Shown here piece after piece: positions 27,040 to 40,259 of a stretch of DNA of 62,427 nucleotides. Each line of letters begins with the position of its first letter. The stretch's first letter is position 1. The translations under genes and the position numbers were made by a program. The stretch comes from Octopus bimaculoides. Its lineage: Eukaryota. The stretch spans positions 23,339,323 through 23,401,749 of the forward strand of contig NC_069005.1 of NCBI RefSeq assembly GCF_001194135.2. Direction: 5' to 3'. The notes under the pieces were generated by a model, which saw only the letters and a list, made by a program, of their open reading frames with translations, did no database searches and had not been told where the DNA came from.

Positions 27040-27255
27040 AATTGTGAATGTGCCACATAAAAAACACTGGTGAGGGTGTCATGTCAAAAGCACCCAGTAC
27101 ACTCTGTAAAGTGGTTGGCATTAGGAAGGGCATCTAGCTGTAGAAAGCAAGGGATAAAATAAACTGTTTGAAACTGGTGTGGGTCCTGGCCTTGCCAGCT
27201 CCTGTCAAACCATCCAACTCTTGCCACCATGGATATTTAAATGATATGATGATGA
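27040..27255 (+). mobile_element. Family D retroposon
   Basis: AAAAGCACCCAGTACACTCTGTAAAGTGGTTGGCATTAGGAAGGGCATC with a GAT tail. Confidence 0.8.
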
Positions 27256-27286
27256 AAACCTAATCAAGTTTCTGGTAATTATTAAT

Positions 27287-27514
27287 TTAACCCTTTTGAT
27301 ACCAACCCAGCTGAAACTGGCTCTGGCTCTGTAGTACAAATGCCTTGCTTTTATAAGTTTTCAATTAAAATCTTCCACCAAACCTGAGTCAATTTATTTG
27401 CCTAACTCCAGCTTAATGATAACGAAGTTATTTTACTAAATTCTTTGTTATATTTAAAATTAATTGAAATAAACACAGAGCATCTTGAAATAAATACGGT
27501 AACAAAAGGGTTAA
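27287..27514 (+). mobile_element. piggyBac-type MITE family F', complete
   Basis: TTAA-CCCTTTT...AAAAGGG-TTAA. Confidence 0.9.
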
Positions 27515-27829
27515 ATAAGAAAACAGGACCTGAAAAGCACAAAGTTCATTTGGTTGGATGTTGGTACATTGTCAAGGGGAGAAGTAACTCACAAGTGTGT
27601 CACTATTAGATAAGTAAATATATCAGTTACATGTGATATTCTACTATTCAAAAGATAGTCAGAGGGAAGGGTGGGATTAGCTGAACCAGATTTACCAACA
27701 ATCTTACAGAAACATCAAACAATCCATCCAAATGGCAAGAGTTTGTAGATAGGGACGGGGAATGATGGAAACTAATTTCTGGGGATGGTGGATGCCATGA
27801 AGGAGATGTCAAGTTGCAAAAAAGTCACA

Positions 27830-28270
27830 AGACATTCTGTTGTATGTTACCAGACTTGTCCGGTCTAATAATACAAAGAATATATATGCATGTATACCCA
27901 CATATATGTACATACTTACATCTACATGTGTATATAGATGCATATCAGGGTACAGGACGTTAGAACAATGAACTACAGACAACGGNNNNNNNNNNATACT
28001 TACATCTACATGTGTATATAGATGCATATCAGGGTACAGGACGTTAGAACAATGAACTACAGACAACGGAACGAACACATAGGAAAACAGATAGCCACTT
28101 GGAATTAATCCTTCATTAGCTGCCTCTATTTTAACTAGACGTTTCGAAGATAAGGCAGAACGTACTCTAGAATAGTCTCTTCCTGAGTAGTGGATCTACC
28201 AACATGGACTGGATGGATTTAAAATCTTAATGACAATAGGATAAAAATATTAAAGACTGAGTACTATTTT
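27830..28270 (-). mobile_element. Penelope-like terminal-repeat fragment carrying hammerhead-like motifs
   Basis: Minus strand has ...GAAGAG...CTTCGAAACGTC-TAGT and CTAATGAAGGATTAATTCC; no ORF, so PLE origin is inferred. Confidence 0.5.
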
Positions 28271-28408
28271 CAGTAACAGCTGTTGTTGTTAATAAGCTCA
28301 AGTTAGCCTAGATTAAGAAAATGTATCATCAAATGGAGTGAGATTAATGTGATCATCCAATCTTTCAAATGACGATATCAGCCAATGTGTTTTTAAGGCA
28401 GTACATAA

Positions 28409-28682
28409 GTGAAGGCATGTGGCCTTTTGGTTAGGCTGTTGCATTCACAATCACTAGAATGTGGGTTCAATTCTCAGGCCAGGCAGCGCATTTTATTCTT
28501 GAGCAAAACACTTCATTTCATATCGTTCCAGTCCCCCTTTCGTCCAGAGAGGAAGATAAGCCTGCTCGCCAAGCTAACAAGATGTCGCCATTCAAAGGCT
28601 TAAAACGATGCAAAATGCATTGTGACCAGTGGTGTGTAACAACATCTGATAGCAGTCTGGTTGGTCACATGATCACATGACA
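28409..28682 (+). mobile_element. SINE family C, tail variant 3
   Basis: GAAGGCATGTGGCC..TGGTTAGG head and TTCTTGAGCAAAACACTT core; distinct tail. Confidence 0.75.
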
Positions 28683-29177
28683 ATAGGTGCAGTTTGTGGG
28701 GTATTTGTACTGCTATTGCTTTAAAGTTGAGCTAGAGTACAGAGGCTGCCTCGCTGGATAAAAAAAAATGCTGCTGCTGCCAACACCACCAACAATAGTA
28801 CTGATAATGAATACTAGACAACATTCCTGACAACAGTGGTGGTGGTGGTAATGAGGACAGCTGTCACAATGATGGAGATGACATATAATAGAAGTAAATC
28901 AAATGACTACAGAGATAATTGTATGTAAACTCTTGTACATAATTAACTTTACTGGATTCTTTTGTTTAGAATTCATGAAATTATTTCTTATGAACCATTC
29001 CAATGATTATTTCTGAACAGATTCACAGATCTTCACTGAAAGATAAACATTTAGATTACCAGCTATTTCATTCCTCACTCTCTCTCTCTCTCTCTCTCTC
29101 TCTCCCCCTCTCTCTCTGTACTGACAGGTATTCACTTACATGTACATGAGAGTACATATGATAAATGTACCTTTAGT

Positions 29178-29407
29178 CTTTAACTTGTTTCAGTCATTTG
29201 ACTTCAGCCATGCTGGAGCACTGCCTTGAGGGGTTTTACTCAAACAAATCAACCCCAACAACTTATTTTTTTTAACCCTAGCACTTATTCTAGCAGTCTC
29301 TTTTGCTGAACCGCTAAGTTACAGGAACGTAAACACACCAACACTAGTTGTCAAGTAGTGAGGGGGGGGGGACACAAACACAGACTCAAAGACACACACA
29401 CACAGAA

Positions 29408-29459
<52 letters not shown>

Positions 29460-29608
29460 GCTTCTTTCAGTTTCCATCTATCAAATCCACTCACGAGGCT
29501 TTAGTCATCCTGAGGCTATAATAGAAAACATTTGCCCAAGATTCCACACAGTGGGACTGAACTCGGAACCATGCGGTTGGGAAGCAAGCTTCTTCTTACA
29601 CAGCCATG
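29178..29608 (-). mobile_element. SINE family A, full length with internal microsatellite
   Basis: Same layout as 1650-2015. Confidence 0.9.
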
Positions 29609-29879
29609 GTAAAACAGTGGTTGGTGGTGGAGTGGTAGGATAGTATATTTTGCTTGGTGCTCTACTCATTCTGTTAATCTGCTGCCAATTTAAATGGAAC
29701 AATCAAAATGACTGAAAGAACTAAAAGAATATATATATTTCTTAAATGAATATAAATCTCAGTTTATTTAATTACCTATTTTTTAATATTAAATCTAATA
29801 TTCAAAATAAATAATGGGTAAGAAACCAGTAAATCCATTGGATACCATTATCCCTTAATGATGCTTATTTAACCTCTCA

Positions 29880-30210
29880 TTGAACTTTTATATATTCTGG
29901 TGTCACATTAAACAGTACACACTGTAAAATGGTTGGCACTAGGAAGAGCATCCAGCCATAGAAACCAAGCCAAATCAGACTAGAACCTAGTGCAGCTCTC
30001 TGGCTGCTAGCTCTGGTCAAACCGTCTAACCCATGCCAGGATAGAAAATGGACATTAAAGGATGATAATGACACACACACGATGGCTCTCTTTCAGTTTC
30101 TAATTAACAAAGCCACTCACAAAGCTTTGCTTGGCCTAGAGCTATAGTAGAAGATACTTGCTCAAGGCATCATATGGTTGGGAAGCAAACTTCTTAACCA
30201 CATAGACACA
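29880..30210. mobile_element. Family D copy (plus, 29880-30070) followed by a family A head (minus, 30080-30210)
   Basis: Motif matches to the respective families. Confidence 0.7.
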
Positions 30211-31062
30211 CATGCACCTTTATGCTACTAGTGCTAAAAAAAAAAAGCAGGAGAGAAGACAGCATGTCTACAGGCCACAGAAGTTGGAGTGTGGTTGTGA
30301 ATGATTTCATGCCAATTCATCAAGAGCCATCTATCAGTTTCTGAAGAGATATTTCCACTGCAGTTAAGTACACAGACCAATAAAAATCAACCAAGAGATC
30401 TGCTACAGATACAGATTTACATTAAAAAATTCAATAAGTGTGTGTGTGTGTGTGTGTGTGTATGTCACAACCCTCAAGTCCCTGAAGTGTGTGTCACAAC
30501 CAATTTTGTAAATTCTTCTCAATTCCTTAACTCCTCCCTCAGTGGAGATTTAGTGGAATGAAATCAGCTTTTCAAGGAAAATAAAAATTAATCCAAAATG
30601 AAAACACAAAAAAAACTTTCTATACAGTTTAAAAACTGTATTTATAAAATAAATAAGTCCAAATATGCATGTGTATGAATGTATGCATATGGATTGATGT
30701 GTGTGTGTGAGAGAGATGGAGAGAGAGAGAGAGATTATAAATCTGTTCTGGAAAGTAAAGAATATATGCACTGGGGATAGGCAAATCCAGCAGACAGCTG
30801 TGGAATGGCCTCAAGTAATTGGCTGAAAAGAAGAATAAGAACAACAACAATACTAAACTATACATGCATTCTTGGGTACCAAGAAGATAATAAATGCCCC
30901 AGAGGCAAAGAATGTGTGTAATGTATGCATGTATGTCATTAGCCAAGGAGCCAGAATGACTCAAGGGCCTAGAGGTTCATGACAATGTACTTAAACTCTG
31001 TAAAACTAAACTTATCTCTCTCTCCCTCTTATATCCATCTATCTATCTATCTATCTATCTAT

Positions 31063-31093
<31 letters not shown>

Positions 31094-33444
31094 CATACAT
31101 ATAGTTTTTTATATACACATAAATATTCCACATATATTATGCACAGGCACACTCATATTTTATATGTGTGTGCATGTGTGTACACATATGTATAGGTATG
31201 CATGTAAACACTTGTCTATATATAATTTGTATAGAGCTGAGGTAGCAACATTTGAGCAGGAAAACCAAGAAATATAAATATCAAACGGGCTGTAAATGGT
31301 TGCCAGTGTTGTCAACGGATTGAGAACGGTCAGTGAACGGTTGGCGACATTTGCAGAATGGTCAATGACATTTGGAAGTGAAGAGAAACAAGAAGCAAAC
31401 TATCTAGAACCAATGAGAGAGTCTTGACCAGCAAGAAACTCCCTCAAACCACACCCTCATATTTATGAGAAAGAAGAGAATCTAGAATACTTTGGACAAT
31501 GGAGTCCTCAGCAACTGCGTGTAAGAAAAGAATGAAATGGTTGTAGTTTGGAGCCTAAGACAACTCACTATGAGCTGGCCCAGGGCTAAACTAAACAAGA
31601 AGATATTCCAAGTTAACAAGGAAGTCTATGGAGACATTTAACCTGCTAGAAACAACAACCAAATCTCTCTCGAATTATGTACCTACTGTCTTAAAAGCAA
31701 GGTGGGGGTGAAATATTGGATAACGTAACCCTAGGTAAACTGTGCCTGGGAAAATGACAGGACAGTCACAGTTGTAACATCTTTGATCATTAATCTGTTT
31801 AATCAGAAGTGAGGTGGAGCAACACTAACCACTACCACCATTAGCTTTACCACTCTGAGTTGTCTTCCTTTTTCAAAAGAGGGGTGGGGGGAAAAGAAAA
31901 GAGAGTGTGAGAGAGAGAGAGAGAGGTGGGGAAATACAATTATCAAATTAATCTAACACTAGATACTGAATTACACACACACACACACACAACACATGAA
32001 CACACACACATACATACATGCATACATGCATACATACACAAGCAAAAGCATACAAATGAAAATTAATAAATTATTGCTGCTTCTGCCGGGTCTCACTCAA
32101 CACCCACGTTATAATGCTTTGCAGTATTGCAGTGCTCNNNNNNNNNNNNNNNNNNNNNNNNNNNNNNNNNNNNNNNNNNNNNNNNNNNNNNNNNNNNNNN
32201 NNNNNNNNNNNNNNNNNNNNNNNNNNNNNNNNNNNNNNNNNNNNNNNNNNNNNNNNNNNNNNNNNNNNNNNNNNNNNNNNNNNNNNNNNNNNNNNNNNNN
32301 NNNNNNNNNNNNNNNNNNNNNNNNNNNNNNNNNNNNNNNNNNNNNNNNNNNNNNNNNNNNNNNNNNNNNNNNNNNNNNNNNNNNNNNNNNNNNNNNNNNN
32401 NNNNNNNNNNNNNNNNNNNNNNNNNNNNNNNNNNNNNNNNNNNNNNNNNNNNNNNNNNNNNNNNNNNNNNNNNNNNNNNNNNNNNNNNNNNNNNNNNNNN
32501 NNNNNNNNNNNNNNNNNNNNNNNNNNNNNNNNNNNNNNNNNNNNNNNNNNNNNNNNNNNNNNNNNNNNNNNNNNNNNNNNNNNNNNNNNNNNNNNNNNNN
32601 NNNNNNNNNNNNNNNNNNNNNNNNNNNNNNNNNNNNNNNNNNNNNNNNNNNNNNNNNNNNNNNNNNNNNNGGGAGGGAGGGAGGGAGAAATTCAGATTCA
32701 AATTTCTTGGCAAAACGGAGTATTGGCTTCAGTCTGGAATCAGATGTAATCCTCGTGATTTTGTGAACTATATTGAACTGATTTTGTTACCGATACAAAA
32801 GCAGCACCAGCAGTTTCCTTCAGCTCGTTCTGTTCCACTTTGATGGTAATCATAGCTGTGTAAATGATGCTATTGTTTTTGAACTTAATGATTCTATGCT
32901 GCTTCTCTAGAGATTTCTATCTCTCTTATCGGCTCATCTAAACATTATGGAACATCAGAGTATCATGTGATATTATTAAAATTGTTAGATTTCAAGACTC
33001 CCAATGATGACATTGTAAAAACAGACAAATATAATCTCTGTTGCTCTGTTGAAATAAAAAACCAACAGAGAATCTAGATCAAACAGATAATGACGTCCTA
33101 AATATGTCTAAGAGGTCATGGCTGGAGCATCTTTCTTTATGGGTTTGTTCAATGAAAGCCAATGTGGAATTTAAACAAACAGGAGGAACAAAATAATGTA
33201 ATCCGAGACACAAGATATCAAATAAAAGACAAAGTGGTTGTGGTGGAAGGATTGTCTGACCAGGGCTGACCTAGGGCTAAACAATACCTATATTAGCCAT
33301 CAGTTATTCACATATTTAATTCAGTGACCATTAAAAAGTTAACTAGAAGTATGAATATGAGCAAGTATGATGGGAGCTCTGCTTCACTGAAGAGTCAAAG
33401 ATGGCTAAACTATATCTACAGTTGTCTCCCTTGTCAAAGAATTG

Positions 33445-33995
33445 AAATATTGGTTTCAAATTTCGGCACAAGGCCAGCAATTTCGAGTGAGTTGGGCAAA
33501 CTGGTTACATTGACCTCAGTGTTCAAATGGTACTTATGTTATCAACCTTGCAAGGATGAAAGGCAATGTCAACCTCAGCAGCACTTGAACTCAGAATGTA
33601 AAGATAACTGAGCATTTTGCTTGGCGTGCCAATGATTCGGCCAGATTGTCACCTTAACAATTAAAATAATATCAGGCTGACATTGTACTTTGACAGCTGA
33701 TAGTAAACTTGGTATATTTTGGTCTGTGTTGATTTACTGTAGTACTTCATCTATAACCTCAACGTTTCAGTAATATCCAAATAGTTGTTAGTTTTATAAA
33801 GAAAAGGAATTTACTTCTACGACAAGATAGAGTTAAGTCTTTCAACTTTGTTCAAAGACTTGAGATAATATAATGATTTCAAATTTTGGCACAAAGCCAA
33901 CAATACAAGGGGAGGGGTAAGTCGATTAAATCAAGCTCAGTGCCCAATTGTTATGTATTTTATCGACCCTGAAAAGATGACAGGCAAAGTCAACC
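33445..33995 (-). mobile_element. Two SINE family B copies (33445-33655, 33870-33995)
   Basis: B core motifs. Confidence 0.8.
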
Positions 33996-34039
33996 TTGCA
34001 GTCACCTAGAGGTCCTAAGTTCAATCCCAGGCCAGGTAC

Positions 34040-34310
34040 TGAAGTAATTCACATAATTTAACTGAAGCAAAAAATGTTACAAAATGCAGAGAGTGGAATA
34101 AGAACATTGTACCCGTTTGGATCAAATAAAGGATTAGGCGTGAGATTCTGATACAACAGCCAAGTTCGACTCAAGACACCTGAAGAAGGCTGGAGTGTAC
34201 AACGGCAAAAAGTGTAGTGAAAGGAACAATCAAAACAAGGACACTAGTTCGACTAATGTAAAACGGTAGACATAATATAAAATTCCTCACCTCAAAGATA
34301 TAGAATTACT
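34040..34310 (+). mobile_element. Penelope-like 3'/terminal fragment with a decayed hammerhead
   Basis: GACAC-CTGAAGA-A-GGCTG-N10-CGGC at 34175-34206; family identity is inferred. Confidence 0.45.
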
Positions 34311-35189
34311 TTCTGTTTCCTTTCCTTTTTTTTTTTTTTTCTCCTTAAATGTGTATTTCTGATTAATAACGTTTCAATGTTCCACACGTTAAAAATATTA
34401 ACACTAACTACCGTTCTTCATGTGAATGACATCTCGTTTTGTTTTTTTATTACAACCAACTGATTTTTTAAAATGAGTCCCGAGGTTTTACTTCTAATAA
34501 AGAAAACTTTTACTGCATTCACACATAACTAACTAAAACTGATTCTAGTTTAAGCTTGATACGAAACGCACACTCTCTCGCTTGCTCTCAGGTCTGGTAT
34601 GCCAGTTCAGTGTTCTGGCAACAACGATCTTGCATACTTGACACCAATATATTTACTATTGTACTTTCTCATTGTATATTTTCACGTATGGTCTCTCGAA
34701 GCAAAGTGGTTTGTTTTTTTTTCCCAGGAGTGAGAAAGAAGACTGAAGAAGAAAAATAACATTACAAAGTCACTAATGAAATCTTCCCATGGTTAACTTC
34801 AGTTTGAAAGTCTTGTATTGTTTCAATTTTGTCCAGTGAAATGGGTTTGGTTATCAAGGATGTATTGCACCTTCAGTTTAAACGAGATTATTCAGGACAT
34901 GAACAGGTGACTTCACAAAGAGACATTGCAATGAGAAACCAGATCCATTCCCATCATAAAGTTGTTTTCAAGCTAGCAACCACCTCCACCACCATTATCT
35001 CTGCCACTCCAACTCCAAAGCAAACAATATGAAGGAATGTTTGCTTCAGCTAGATTAGAATTACAACGCACACAAGAAAGAAAGTTAAATTTGTTTTCTT
35101 CAAAACTTCTTTTCAAATGAGAAAGAACATTTTCCTTTTTTTTTAATCGTTCATTGGTTAAAAAAAAAAAAAAAAACACCCACAGAAAC

Positions 35190-35712
35190 ATTGACCTAAG
35201 TGAATTATTACTTTTGTTCAGGCTCTCAAAGCATAATACTCTGAGTTCAAATCCTGCTGAAGTCAACTTTGCCCTTTGTCCTTTCAAGTTTCTTGACAGT
35301 ACCAGCTAAATACTGGGGTTGATGTAATCAACTTATTCCTCTAAAACTGCTGGCCTTGTGCTTAAATTAGAAACATTATCATTATTCTTTTACTTGTTTC
35401 AGTCATTTGACTGCGGCCATGCTGGAGCACCACCTTGAAAGGTCTTTTAGCTGAAGAAATCAACCCCAGGACTTATTCTTTGTAAACCCAGTACTTATTC
35501 TATTGGTCTCTTTTGTTGAATCGCTAAGTTACAGGGATGTAAACACACAGACATCAGTTGTCAAGCAATGGTGAGAGGGACAAACATAGACACAAAGACA
35601 CACGTATAAATATAAATATTTATATATATATATATATATATATATNNNNNNNNNNNNNNNNNNNNNNNNNNNNNNNNNNNNNNNNNNNNNNNNNNNNNNN
35701 NNNNNNNTATAT

Positions 35713-35743
<31 letters not shown>

Positions 35744-35749
35744 TAGATA

Positions 35750-35791
<42 letters not shown>

Positions 35792-35950
35792 TACACAACG
35801 GGATTCTTTCACTTTCCATCCGCCAAATCTGGTCACGAGGCTTTGGTTGGCCCAAAGCTATAGGAGGAGAAGATACTCGCCCAAGGTTCCACACAGTGGA
35901 ACTGAATCTGGAGCTTTATAGTTGGAAGGCGAGCTTTTTATCACACAGCT
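35190..35950. mobile_element. SINE B (plus, 35190-35380) abutting SINE A (minus, 35387-35950)
   Basis: Family motifs. Confidence 0.8.
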
Positions 35951-36033
35951 AAACTGATAAATTTATAAATGGATTAAAACTAGTATCCACAGTAAGTGGA
36001 GGGTTGATTACTGTAATATATATGTATTTTATA

Positions 36034-36093
36034 CCTCATTATGAAGTAAACATCCTCAAATAACGCCAAATGTTTTGCTTGTCGGTCTTCCAT
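36034..36093 (-). CDS. Candidate short first coding exon (MEDRQAKHLALFEDVYFIM), product unknown
   Basis: AAAAAATG context, AG|GTATAA donor, CpG-retaining neighbourhood; no recognised homology. Confidence 0.15.
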
Positions 36094-36263
36094 TTTTTAA
36101 TCTATTTATATCCACTGAATCAGGTATCGCTTTAAGCCACCTTGGATAGGATATTTCAACACTTCGTTGCCTTTCACACTTCAAGCCGAAGTTTTGGTGG
36201 TAAACTGATCTAAGCACTCATTGTACATTAATCTACACCAATAGATGTATACTAGCTGCATCT

Positions 36264-36303
<40 letters not shown>

Positions 36304-36727
36304 CATGCATGTATGTATGTATGTATGTATGTATGTATATATATATATATATATATATATTCTTTTCTTTTACTTGTTTCAGTCATGTGACTTGTTCGCT
36401 TAGTATTTGGGTTCATTTTTTGATTTGGTTGAATCTTGGTTGTTTTTTTTCTTTTTGTTGGTCAGTTATTTTAGCATTTTGACAGAAAAAAAGTCATTCT
36501 AAAATTGTTTTCTAATGTAAGCATACCCAAAGAAGTCGAAGGCTTACACAGAGCAGGTTTTACAGTCACATCATTCAAACCGACTAGGTGAAACCAGGCT
36601 TAGCTGCTAGTATATATATAAATATGTATATAAAAATTTAAAGAAAGTGAAGTATTATTACTGTTATAAACAGTAATAATGAGGTAGCTAAAATATGTAT
36701 ATAAATATGTATGTGTGTATATATATA

Positions 36728-37008
36728 TGAGCACTCCGTCGGTTGCAAAGATGAGGGTCCCAGCTGATACAATCAATGGAACAGACATGTGTATCCTTAA
36801 TGTACTTCTCAGAGAGATTCAGTGAAACACAGTGTGTGAGAAGGCTGACCCTTTAAAATACAGGTACTACTCATTTTTGCCAGCTGAGTGGACTGGAGCA
36901 ATGTAAAATAAAGTGTCTTGCTCAAGGATACAACGCACTGCTGGGAATTGAACTCATGACCTTATGACTGTGAGTCAAATGCCCTAACAACTAAGCCATG
37001 CACCTTCA
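36728..37008 (-). mobile_element. SINE family C, tail variant 2
   Basis: Head and core match family C; tail GGCCCTTT-type/CAGCTGGGACCCTCATC differs. Confidence 0.8.
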
Positions 37009-37009
37009 T

Positions 37010-37042
37010 GTATATGAGTGTGTGTATACATATATATATATG

Positions 37043-37074
<32 letters not shown>

Positions 37075-37252
37075 TATATATATACACACATATATATATA
37101 CTTACATATATACACATATATATTTATACATATATATTCATACATATATATACATATATATATATACATATATATTCATACATATATATACATATATATA
37201 TATACATACATATATACACATACATATATACACATACATATATATATGTATG

Positions 37253-37288
<36 letters not shown>

Positions 37289-37415
37289 TATATATATACA
37301 CACATATATATATACTTACATATATACACATATATTTATACATATATATTCATACATATATATATACATATATATATACATACATATATACACATACATA
37401 TACATACATATATAC
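37010..37415. repeat. Long compound (CA)/(TA) microsatellite with a ~100-bp internal duplication
   Basis: TACTTACATATATACACATATATATTTATACATATATATTCATAC occurs twice (about 37100 and 37310). Confidence 0.9.
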
Positions 37416-37849
37416 AGGTAGATAAACTTCACAAAAATTCTTACATAAAATTATAATGGCCATCTTTAATTTAAATATAAAACACTTAGGAACAAAACTA
37501 GCATTTTGCTTCTATTTTGTCCTTTTATATTTTAGAATAAACAAGGTTTTCTCATGTGGGCTGTTACATAAAAGACTAAAACTAGAGAGAAAACACCAAC
37601 TTCAATAGCAATGTAGTCATTAAGGGATGTTTTAAATAAAAGCAGCAACTCAGTTTGGGCTACTTTTGTGGCATTACAGAATGTTTTCTGATAGCAATTA
37701 TTTGTAAATGTCACTGGGACATGAGGTTTGGATGCTTTCAGACAATGCGGCTTGTAGTTTAATAAGTCGCAAGTCATTAACCTCATTTCGTTAATAAAGA
37801 CCATTAATGTAACAAGAGATTTTTTAATAACGTCATGAACCAAATAACT

Positions 37850-38010
37850 ACATAGACACAGATCATCGTCATTATCATTGTCATCTAACATCCACATTTT
37901 CCTACTTTCATGGATTGAACGGAATTTGCTGAAGCAGATATTTCTATAGTTAGATGCCCTTCCTGTCACCAACTTTCACCTGTTTCCAAGTAAGGTAAGA
38001 TTCCCTGTGT
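37850..38010 (-). mobile_element. Family D-related fragment
   Basis: TAGATGCCCTTCCTGTCACCAAC. Confidence 0.55.
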
Positions 38011-38589
38011 CCAGATATGCTTTCACAGAAGATTACAAGTGAAAGAGACCATCTGCATGATGGTGACATTCATTTACACTTATCCAAAGTGCCATGCAGT
38101 GGGACTGAACAGAAGAGTAAACTGCTGATTAACAGTGACAACTACAAACACACACACATATTGAGGAATAAGTTTAGTTTTCCACCCGAATTAACAGCAC
38201 CACATAGCCTTTGGCGGGACGACAGCACTTAAGTAGAGTCCAGTTTGTTGTAAGCATTAGCCTGAAGATAACTTCCTCCCAACCATCTCCAAAACCCTGG
38301 CAAAAGTCATGGACGATAGCCTTCCTCCTATGACTAAGCTGTTAAAAATAACACACTCAATTACATGTTTTGTTCAGGTCAGTTCTCACCCAGCATACCC
38401 TTGATCAAGTATTTCAACCATAGACATCCTATTTGGGACACATCTAGAACTACACCATCTAACATATCCTGTCACCTTCATTTAAAAAAAGGGGAAGAAA
38501 TTGAAAAAGATGTTTGGAACTATTTCTAGCAACACCTAAGGGTGAAAAGGGTAGTACCCATGACATTATCTTTTCAGGGCTTCTCAGAT

Positions 38590-38750
38590 TAGTAGAAGGT
38601 GGAGGAGGAAGTCATCCTCAAAAGTCAATTACATCAACCCCAGTACTTAACTGGTACTTATTCTATCGACCCCAGAAGGATGAAAGGCATAGTTTGAAGA
38701 TGGACAAAATGTTGCAAAGCATTTCACCCGGCATGCTAATATTACAGCCT
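38590..38750 (-). mobile_element. SINE family B, internally deleted
   Basis: CAACCCCAGTACTTAACTGGTACTTATTCTATCGACCCC. Confidence 0.8.
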
Positions 38751-39062
38751 TACCAGATGGTAATATTAAGCAAGGAAATAGATTAAGCTGGATAATGGAT
38801 AAAGTCTTATGACCTCAGAAGAAGAATTCAGAATGCAAAGAGTAGTTCTGTAGAGCATCTTGTCAAAAGCTAACAATTTCACAACTACACCATCATGGAA
38901 TGAGACTTTACTGATCTTCAAAGGAAAAACGATAAAGCTGATCTTGGTAGGATTTGAACTTGGAGTGCAGAGATCCAGAACAAATATTGTAAGGCATTTT
39001 GCTTTACATTCTTATAACTCTGCCAATTATACACCTACGTATAAACTGTCTGTATAAACCAG

Positions 39063-40170
39063 TTCTTTGCTGCTTTGGACAAGTGTTTTCCTAAATCTAA
39101 TCGGTATTATGCCAATTTTAATCAACACACTGTGAAGGTATCCAACGCCAACTCTGCTAGTTTAGAGCAGCTTATGCATCGCATAAACAATAGCAGAATG
39201 CAGCAAAGGTTCAATAACCCACGTACTGGATCTAGCGAACATTTGCATCTAAATACCAACCAAGAAGATGTAAACTGCATTGATAAACACCAACTACGAC
39301 CAATTTATAGTAGTAGAAATACTTATGATACAGCTAACACAGTAACAACACCAGTAAATGGAATCAAGACTGCCTTATATACAAATAAATGCGATAAATG
39401 CTCATGCAGAGAAAAATCAAAATGTCCTTTGATGAATCTCTGTATGAGACCGAATCTTGTTTATAAATGTACCGTGCACACAAGCGGGAGGGCCGTATGT
39501 TTACATTGGGCAGACAGCTGATTCATTTAAGAATCATTATCGTAACCATGTTGCCAGCTTTAAGACAATTTCTAAGAGACATTCAACATCTTTGGCAGAT
39601 TTTGTAAGGCCACTGAAGGAGGATAAAATGAAGTACAGCATTAACTGGTCCTTAGTAAGGTACGTGAAATCATACAATATAATTTCCAGGAGACGCCATC
39701 TCTGCTCCAAGGAATCCCTGTCTATTCTGAGGACTAATGAGAAGATAATTAATAGAATTTCTGAACAACTCTCGAGATGCCTACATGCAAATAAATGCAC
39801 AATGCAGTGAGAATGAATTTTGAGAATGAATTTTGAGTATCCGTTAACTTAATTTACTTTAAGGTATGGATGACTTAAGTTTACTTTTAACCTCCCCATT
39901 TTTATAAACACCAAATAGATAAGCTAACTCGTTTTGTGATCATGAGTGCACCAAACCTCATGTGTGCAAATGCTCACATTTTTGCGGATGCTTGTATGAA
40001 CGAGTGTACTCGCACCATGCAGCTTGCCCGAGGGCGTTTATACATCCATATCTGTTAACAGTTATTTTTAATACTTTTCTCGCTGGTTTGCGTGTTCGTT
40101 TTTCTCGTTTTACTATCTATGATTTTATTTTTGATCTTCTATATAAATGAAGATATTTCCTCTGTCTGGC
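39063..40170 (+). mobile_element. 5'-truncated Penelope-like element (Neptune type): thumb/linker, Cys-rich linker and GIY-YIG endonuclease, frameshifted
   Basis: LDKCFP..NQHTVKVS; CSCREKSKCPLMNLC; LVYKCTV / YVYIGQT..FKNHYRNH..SF..HSTSLA..INWSL..LC.KE..IL..N..SE..SRCLHANK. Frameshift near 39490. Confidence 0.85.
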
Positions 40171-40259
40171 TGCTTTTTTTTTCTACAAAACAGAAAGCTA
40201 CATTGCAGAACAGTCATTTTAACGAGTTGTGTTTATTTATTACCCAATGAGACAAATCT

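Noticed and set aside
27912-28069. Exact 74-bp direct repeat (27912-27985 and 27996-28069)
   Set aside because: The copies flank a 10-N gap, so this is most likely unmerged overlapping contig ends; the same applies around 50876-50897.
34728-34759. Possible terminal exon (CAG|GA-VRKKTEEEK*)
   Set aside because: Too short to tell from chance, and no upstream partner exon was found.
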